From: Candidatus Iainarchaeum sp.
Lineage (GTDB): Archaea > Iainarchaeota > Iainarchaeia > Iainarchaeales > CSSED10-239
NCBI GenBank assembly: GCA_937968065.1
Contig: CALBUD010000068.1
Coordinates: forward strand, 1-7,445
Length of the DNA: 7,445 nt
Direction: 5' to 3'
In this document: piece by piece, positions 1 to 4,645 of the stretch
How the letters are laid out: each line of letters begins with the position of its first letter
Numbering within the stretch: the first letter of the stretch is position 1
Made by a program: the position numbers and the translations under genes
Notes under the pieces: model-generated
Told to the model about the DNA's origin: nothing
Databases searched by the model: none
What the model saw: the letters and a program-made list of their open reading frames with translations, nothing else

Positions 1-9
1 AGATACTTA

Positions 10-17
10 TTTAAATA
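10..17 (+). promoter_or_regulatory. candidate TATA box for the 60-719 ORF
   Basis: TTTAAATA on the plus strand lies 42 nt upstream of the ATG, giving a predicted TSS near 41. The upstream context is cut off by the window edge, and the octamer is frequent in this DNA. Confidence 0.25.
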
Positions 18-59
18 TAACACAATTTATTTAATTTATAGAAAAAAGAGAAAATTATT

Positions 60-719
60 ATGGATGCTGAAAATATACCACGAAGAGAAAGAAGACACTA
101 TAGAATTTATAAAGATGGAAAAATTATTTATTCTCAGGTCCCTGTTGATAAATCTTTAAAAAAAGAATCTATAAATAATTATACCTCTACAGATTCTGAA
201 GATACTAAATTTAAAAAATCATTATTAAACATTGATGAAAAAAAAAATATTGAAGATGTTGACAAAGATAAAATTAAGAAAGTATTACAGACATTATCAG
301 ATATTATTGCTCCTGATGTTGATGCTGTTTCTGAAGCTATTTATAATCAAATAAAAAATGATGACTATTATGATGAGTTTAATAAAAAAGATATTCAAAA
401 GACAATTAAAAGTAGTAAACATTATAGAGCTTCAAAAAACGAAGATTCCAGCGAAAATGAAGTAATTGATTCTGATAATATTAAATCATTAGTTGAAGAT
501 GTTTTTTTACAATTACAAAATGAAAATATTAAAACAAATTCTGAAAAGAAGAAAGAAAAAATAGAACCTAAAAAAGAAAAAAAATCTGTAAAAACCATTA
601 AAAAAGAAGAAGATTCTGTTTCTAAAAAATCAAAAAAAGAAGATTTAGATTTTAAAGATCTTTTAGATGAAGATGATTCTGAAGATAGCTCTGAAGATGA
701 TTTAGGTCTTAAATTTTAA
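60..719 (+). CDS. hypothetical, highly charged (K/E/D/S-rich), probably disordered soluble protein
   Basis: ATG..TAA ORF of 219 aa with no hydrophobic segment and no Cys. The C-terminal third is a K/E-rich tract (KKKEKIEPKKEKKSVKTIKKEED) followed by an acidic tail (DEDDSEDSSEDDLGLKF). I recognise no family. It is the only ORF on this strand and is convergent with the cluster. Confidence 0.55.
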   Translation: MDAENIPRRERRHYRIYKDGKIIYSQVPVDKSLKKESINNYTSTDSEDTKFKKSLLNIDEKKNIEDVDKDKIKKVLQTLSDIIAPDVDAVSEAIYNQIKNDDYYDEFNKKDIQKTIKSSKHYRASKNEDSSENEVIDSDNIKSLVEDVFLQLQNENIKTNSEKKKEKIEPKKEKKSVKTIKKEEDSVSKKSKKEDLDFKDLLDEDDSEDSSEDDLGLKF

Positions 720-1465
720 TCTTCAGTATACTCTTTACATCTTAAATTATTTTCTTCATCTAAAATATATTCAGAGTTTATCTTTATAGAAGAAGGCCAA
801 ATTGTAAGATTTGCAACTGCATTTATGTTATCTGTAGTGCCTCTAACCGTATATCTAAAAATCATAGGTGTTGAAGAAGAATATATTTTATTTGCATTTT
901 GAACTAATGTTCTTACAGGTGAGATGCTTAAAGGATTACATAAGAAATATTTTGATTCAATTTGATTATCATTTAGTTCATTAATTTTTAACATAAAATA
1001 AATAAATTCATCATCATTTCTATTTTCTAAATAAAAAATATAATCGTAATTAGATAGAGGATACATGATTGATTTAATTGTGTGAAAAAGATTATATTTT
1101 GCAATATCTCTATCATTAGGAAGAGATGCATCTGATAATTCACTAATATCTTCACTTGCACCTATTTTTTTATCTGGAAGAAAATCTGTTTTTAAAGCTG
1201 TAATTAAATAATCTGTTTCAAAAGTATTTTCTGAATAAATATTTTTTCCAAAATCAAGAGGTATATCTGTATAGAAAATAGTTTTTAAAGTTGAGTTTGT
1301 ATACTCTTTAAAATAAAGATTATTTATTGAAAGATCAATTCTTTCTCCATAGGTTGCAGAAAATTTAAATAATAGAACAGATAAGGCAACAATTATAGTT
1401 AGAAAAAACAAAGAATCTGTCATTGCAGCTTGGCCTTTATTTTTTTTTAGTTCTATTAATTTCAT
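716..1465 (-). CDS. prepilin-like protein with archaeal class III signal peptide (249 aa; largest pilin-like ORF and last gene of the cluster)
   Basis: The N-terminus is MKLIELKKNKG|QAAMTDSLFFLTIIVALSVLLF: a basic leader, K-G|Q-A, then about 20 hydrophobic residues. It has two Cys (C176, C243), both in the predicted external domain. The gap to the upstream gene is 6 nt. The C-terminal domain is unrecognised. Confidence 0.7.
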   Translation of the reverse strand: MKLIELKKNKGQAAMTDSLFFLTIIVALSVLLFKFSATYGERIDLSINNLYFKEYTNSTLKTIFYTDIPLDFGKNIYSENTFETDYLITALKTDFLPDKKIGASEDISELSDASLPNDRDIAKYNLFHTIKSIMYPLSNYDYIFYLENRNDDEFIYFMLKINELNDNQIESKYFLCNPLSISPVRTLVQNANKIYSSSTPMIFRYTVRGTTDNINAVANLTIWPSSIKINSEYILDEENNLRCKEYTED

Positions 1466-1471
1466 ATCTTT

Positions 1472-1999
1472 CTATTCCCAAATAATTATATATAATCTTT
1501 TTGGAGAGGTTTTACCATCTTGTCTTTGTAAAGTTAAAGGATAAAGAAAATTAATTATCTTATGTGATCGAATATCAATTTCATCTAGATTATCATTGCA
1601 CATATAATAATTATAATTGTTTAAATTAGGATCAATTTCTGAAAAAACAAAATCTTCATAACTGTTTTTAGATCTTGTTATTTTTTCTAAAGATATTAAT
1701 TCAAATTGTTCTGTATCTAAGGGGAGATCTACTAAAAAAGCATTCCATTTTTTTGTGGTTTTAATATTTTCACATTTTTCCATGAAATGATCATAATCAA
1801 TAATAACAGGATCTGATTTTAATTGCATTGATATCTCAACTGCCTCTTGATTTAAATTAAATAATTTATTTTTTGCATTATAATCATTAAAAACATTTAA
1901 AAAAACAGCAAAAAATATTACAAGACCTACAAATATTGGTATAAGACTTGGAAGATCATCTCCGATTGCTCCAATAAAACCTTTTTTATTTTTTATCAT
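1472..1999 (-). CDS. N-terminally membrane-anchored pilus-associated protein, possible atypical prepilin (175 aa)
   Basis: The N-terminus is MIKNKKG|FIGAIGDDLPSLIPIFVGLVIFFAVFL. The K-K-G leader resembles the neighbouring pilins, but residue +1 is Phe and an Asp-Asp pair precedes the hydrophobic core. It has two Cys (C76, C134). The gap is 6 nt on each side. The stop codon is TAG. Confidence 0.5.
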   Translation of the reverse strand: MIKNKKGFIGAIGDDLPSLIPIFVGLVIFFAVFLNVFNDYNAKNKLFNLNQEAVEISMQLKSDPVIIDYDHFMEKCENIKTTKKWNAFLVDLPLDTEQFELISLEKITRSKNSYEDFVFSEIDPNLNNYNYYMCNDNLDEIDIRSHKIINFLYPLTLQRQDGKTSPKRLYIIIWE

Positions 2000-2005
2000 A
2001 TTTTA

Positions 2006-2653
2006 TCAATTTAAAACAGCTGTACAAAAGTTTTGTTTACAAATAATATCATTATCAGGATCAAAACTATCAGCATCACACACAAAATTTTTACAAGTAT
2101 CTATATTATTTCTTTTTTCACAAGGTAACAGATAATAATTGACTTCTTGATTTTTTACATTTTTTATAATCATTATTCTTGATTCATTTGTGTTTAATTT
2201 TCTTGGATCAAACAAAACTTTATTTTCATTTTCAGATTCATAAAAAACATAATTAGGGCCTGTATAAACAGATTCATAAAAATTTATTTTTCCTTCATAA
2301 TCAAGATTAAAAGCACCTAAAATTTTATCTTTTCTATAATCAGTGATATAAATAATTAAAGAATCATTATCTTGTAAAGAATATGTTTGAAAACCTAAAA
2401 CATAATTTATAGAATAAAGAGAAGAGGTACCTTGATTAATTCTTATACTTTTTGGAATATCAATAAATTTAATTGAACAATAACTATCTGCATCAATAAC
2501 AGATTTTATTTCTTTTCCAATTTTAAAAGCAAGTTCATAACTTTGTCTTGTCTTAAGATTATCATTTAAAGTATTCATAAAAAAGATTACAACAACTGCA
2601 ATTGCAGTTACAAAAATCAACATATTTACTTTTGATAAGGTAAATTCAAACAT
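2006..2653 (-). CDS. N-terminally anchored, Cys-rich extracytoplasmic protein of the pilus cluster (215 aa)
   Basis: The N-terminus MFEFTLSKVNMLIFVTAIAVVVIFFM has a single hydrophobic helix but no K-G/A cleavage motif. It has six Cys, five of them in the last 38 residues (C178-x8-C-x4-C-x12-C-x4-C210). An SD-like AGGTGAT lies 7 nt upstream of the ATG. The stop codon is TGA. Confidence 0.5.
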   Translation of the reverse strand: MFEFTLSKVNMLIFVTAIAVVVIFFMNTLNDNLKTRQSYELAFKIGKEIKSVIDADSYCSIKFIDIPKSIRINQGTSSLYSINYVLGFQTYSLQDNDSLIIYITDYRKDKILGAFNLDYEGKINFYESVYTGPNYVFYESENENKVLFDPRKLNTNESRIMIIKNVKNQEVNYYLLPCEKRNNIDTCKNFVCDADSFDPDNDIICKQNFCTAVLN

Positions 2654-2660
2654 TTATATA

Positions 2661-2667
2661 ATCACCT
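2661..2667 (-). promoter_or_regulatory. Shine-Dalgarno-like AGGTGAT overlapping the stop codon of the upstream gene
   Basis: The minus strand reads AGG-TGA-T, where AGG is the last codon and TGA the stop of 2662-3240. It is a 7-nt match to the GGAGGTGAT consensus, 7 nt upstream of the ATG at 2653. Confidence 0.45.
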
Positions 2668-3240
2668 AATTTTTACAAAACAAATATTGTGTATTTGTCC
2701 TGATGAACTTGATTTGTATATTTTATAGCTTCCAGAAGGTATTTTAGCATTAGGGTCTATAATATTTAAAACTTCTTCTCTTGAATCGTCATCTATTCCA
2801 CAATTAATTTTAGAATCTTCAAAAACTATGTTTGTTGGAAGATATGTACATACAGGTTGGATAGGATATTTATATTCATATCTTGCTTCATCTATATATT
2901 CATAATATAATAATATACAACTTGATCCAGAACCACAAAATCTTTCACAAACAGCTCTATCTGTTTCTTGTTTTAAATAAGTTCTTTCATAACTTTCATT
3001 ATAACATGCTTTTGTTGTAAATTCAATATTTCTGTAAGCTAAGTCTGATCCTAAAACAACATCTCTTAAAGCAGATATTAAATTACTAAAATCTTGTCTT
3101 TTATTTCCAAGACATGTATTTTCAGAAAGATTTTGTAAAGCATAAGTTCCTGCAATAATTACAAAAACCATAACAATAATTGCAACCAATAATTCAAATG
3201 GAGCGCTTACTTGTGCTTTTTGTTTTTTATTTTTAAACAT
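2662..3240 (-). CDS. prepilin-like protein with class III signal peptide, 8-Cys external domain (192 aa)
   Basis: The N-terminus is MFKNKKQKA|QVSAPFELLVAIIVMVFVIIAGTYAL (K-A|Q-V plus a hydrophobic helix). The Q-x-S start and Leu at +9 fit the Class_IIIsignal QxSxExxxL pattern best of all the ORFs. All eight Cys lie after the helix. A TATA-like box lies 23 nt upstream of the ATG. Confidence 0.7.
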   Translation of the reverse strand: MFKNKKQKAQVSAPFELLVAIIVMVFVIIAGTYALQNLSENTCLGNKRQDFSNLISALRDVVLGSDLAYRNIEFTTKACYNESYERTYLKQETDRAVCERFCGSGSSCILLYYEYIDEARYEYKYPIQPVCTYLPTNIVFEDSKINCGIDDDSREEVLNIIDPNAKIPSGSYKIYKSSSSGQIHNICFVKIR

Positions 3241-3263
3241 ATATTAAAAGATATTATAAGAAG

Positions 3264-3280
3264 TATTTAAAATAGTTTTC
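3264..3280 (-). promoter_or_regulatory. candidate BRE/TATA promoter giving a leaderless transcript for 2662-3240
   Basis: The minus strand reads GAAAAC-TAT-TTTAAATA. The last TATA base (3264) is 23 nt upstream of the A of the ATG (3240), which is the spacing expected if transcription starts at the ATG. No SD is present upstream of this ATG. Confidence 0.4.
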
Positions 3281-3289
3281 TTTTTTTAT

Positions 3290-3295
3290 AAAAAA
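3290..3295 (-). terminator. oligo-T tract (T6), possible partial archaeal terminator after the mini-pilin gene
   Basis: The minus strand reads GAATATTTTTTATA beginning 18 nt after the TAA of 3313-3510. Archaeal RNAP terminates at oligo-T runs. T runs are also common by chance in this AT-rich DNA. Confidence 0.3.
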
Positions 3296-3312
3296 TATTC
3301 TTTTAATCATAT

Positions 3313-3510
3313 TTAAGTTACTGGAACTTGAGAAGGAAGAGTTGCTTGTTTTGCTGAAGCTTTTACAGATTTATTAAACATTGGTTTTACAACAGCAATT
3401 AAGATTATAGCAACAATTGCAACTACAATTAAAAAGAAAACAGTGTTTGATTCTGCTTGGCCTTTTTGATCATCTAAGATTTCTTTTATTTTCTTTTTAA
3501 TTGTTTTCAT
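3313..3510 (-). CDS. mini-prepilin (65 aa precursor, about 48 aa mature); candidate major filament subunit
   Basis: The sequence is MKTIKKKIKEILDDQKG|QAESNTVFFLIVVAIVAIILIAVVKPMFNKSVKASAKQATLPSQVPVT: a basic leader, K-G|Q-A, an 18-20 residue hydrophobic helix and a short polar tail. It has no Cys and one N-x-S sequon (N46). A T6 run follows it on the coding strand. Confidence 0.65.
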   Translation of the reverse strand: MKTIKKKIKEILDDQKGQAESNTVFFLIVVAIVAIILIAVVKPMFNKSVKASAKQATLPSQVPVT

Positions 3511-3522
3511 ATATTTTCAAAT

Positions 3523-4053
3523 TTATTGTTTTACAGGAAAGATTATACAAACTCTAACTCCATCTTCAAAATCAGATATATCAAAATCTTCTCTAATTAT
3601 TGGAGTTGTACTTGATAAATAAGAATTTAATGACTCTTGTAATCTTTCTTTATTTGAATGACATAAAATACCAAATCTATAGGTTACCGTACTTTCATTT
3701 TTAATTTCTAAATCACCATTAATTAAAGTTCCAAAATCAAAAGTATAACCATTATCATAAAACCTTACTTGATCATAAGAAAGACCTGTACCTTGTGTTA
3801 CAGTATCTGTTCCGATTATTTTATCTCTTTTTCCTGAAACTTTTAAAGAATCAGTTAAAGATAATGCTCCTGGTTGATCTTGTTGAGTGTTTATTCTTTC
3901 TTTTATAGCTTCAATTACACGTCCAGTTCCTGGATTAATATTTGCAATAATAGGCATTAAAACACCTAAAAGAGCTAAAGCTACAACCGCAGCTATTAAA
4001 AGTTGAAATGTTGAAAAGGCTTGACCTTTATTATTTAAAGCTATTAACTTCAT
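3523..4053 (-). CDS. prepilin-like protein with class III signal peptide (176 aa)
   Basis: The N-terminus is MKLIALNNKG|QAFSTFQLLIAAVVALALLGVLMPII. It has two Cys (C131, C169). The strongest Shine-Dalgarno match in the window (GAGGTGA) lies 9 nt upstream of the ATG. It is an N-terminal paralogue of the 4646-5167 product. Confidence 0.75.
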   Translation of the reverse strand: MKLIALNNKGQAFSTFQLLIAAVVALALLGVLMPIIANINPGTGRVIEAIKERINTQQDQPGALSLTDSLKVSGKRDKIIGTDTVTQGTGLSYDQVRFYDNGYTFDFGTLINGDLEIKNESTVTYRFGILCHSNKERLQESLNSYLSSTTPIIREDFDISDFEDGVRVCIIFPVKQ

Positions 4054-4062
4054 ATATTCTAT

Positions 4063-4069
4063 TCACCTC
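4063..4069 (-). promoter_or_regulatory. Shine-Dalgarno sequence (GAGGTGA)
   Basis: This is a 7-nt match to the GGAGGTGAT consensus, 9 nt upstream of the ATG at 4053. It is conspicuous as a G-rich island in AT-only flanks. Confidence 0.55.
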
Positions 4070-4113
4070 AAATATTATAATATATATAATCATTAATTTT
4101 AAAGTCCAAAAGA

Positions 4114-4129
4114 TATTTAAATGTTTTTC
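4114..4129 (-). promoter_or_regulatory. candidate archaeal BRE/TATA promoter for the 3523-4053 / 3313-3510 pilin pair
   Basis: The minus strand reads GAAAAACA-TTTAAATA in the 77-nt gap. The TATA octamer is at 4114-4121, giving a predicted TSS near 4090 and a 5' UTR of about 37 nt that contains the SD. The same GAAAAC...TTTAAATA arrangement occurs at 3264-3280. Confidence 0.4.
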
Positions 4130-4130
4130 T

Positions 4131-4625
4131 TTAAAGAATTATTATGTTTTTTAAAATACTTACAAAAATTGTAAAAATTACAGATATAAAAAGCATAAAT
4201 AATAAATCTTTTAATTGAATACCTGTTCTTGGTTCTGTATAATCAAAAACTTTATTTTTATAAGAAACTCTTTTTCTAACAATAAATAAATTCCATAAAG
4301 AACCAAAGATAAAAGCTGTTATTGCCCAGATAACTGTTATTTTTAGATTGATATTTGCTATACTGTTTATAGATTTCCAAAAAAGAATTATAAAACCATA
4401 AGAGACACCTAAAGAAAAAAACATTGTTATAAATAATCTAACTCTTTTGTTAAAAAAAAAACTAATTGATTTATGGAAAAATAAAGATATTAAAAATAAT
4501 AAAGACATTAAAAGTATAATTATTGCTATAATCGCTAAAATAATAATACCAAAAAAATATCCAAAAATAAGAATGATGATTGCAAGAATAAAATATTTAA
4601 TGTTTCTTGTCCAATTACCTTTCAT
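4131..4625 (-). CDS. small polytopic membrane protein of unknown function (164 aa, about 5 TM)
   Basis: Long hydrophobic stretches are separated by K/R-rich loops (HKSISFFFNKRVR; RKRVSYKNKVFDYTEPRTGIQLKD). It has no Cys and only two Asp (D128, D140), both in a loop. It is co-directional with the cluster and lies 20 nt from the upstream pilin gene. Confidence 0.6.
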   Translation of the reverse strand: MKGNWTRNIKYFILAIIILIFGYFFGIIILAIIAIIILLMSLLFLISLFFHKSISFFFNKRVRLFITMFFSLGVSYGFIILFWKSINSIANINLKITVIWAITAFIFGSLWNLFIVRKRVSYKNKVFDYTEPRTGIQLKDLLFMLFISVIFTIFVSILKNIIIL

Positions 4626-4645
4626 AAATAATCATTTTATTTTTT

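Noticed and set aside
645-719. The acidic C-terminal tail ...SEDSSEDDLGLKF resembles the ribosomal P-stalk (aP1/L12) tail.
   Set aside because: Stalk proteins are about 100-110 aa, with a conserved N-terminal dimerisation domain and an Ala/Gly-rich hinge. This 219-aa protein has neither, so the resemblance is limited to generic acidity plus a hydrophobic end.
917-926. A plus-strand AGGTGA followed by an ATG (917-926), and a minus-strand AGGTG (4406-4410) 6 nt before an out-of-frame ATG.
   Set aside because: In the first case the spacing to the ATG is 1 nt. In both cases the downstream reading frames stop after 3-13 codons. Both lie inside well-supported coding regions.
3254-3310. An 18-codon mini-ORF on the minus strand (MIKRIFFIKKENYFKYFL) in the gap after the mini-pilin gene.
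   Set aside because: It is too short, has no SD, and overlaps the T-run and the candidate BRE/TATA. An ORF like this is expected by chance in AT-rich spacer DNA.
4072-4083. A 12-bp perfect palindrome, ATATTATAATAT, between the predicted TSS and the SD of the 3523-4053 gene, which could be an operator.
   Set aside because: A/T-only palindromes of this length are frequent by chance at this base composition. It has no second copy elsewhere in the window and no flanking specificity.
4131-4625. The 164-aa polytopic protein could be the missing prepilin peptidase (PibD/FlaK/EppA, family A24).
   Set aside because: A24 peptidases need two membrane-proximal catalytic Asp residues, the second in a GxGD-type motif, and are usually longer. 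This protein has only D128 and D140, both in one basic loop (KVFDYTEP and QLKDLL), and has no such motif.
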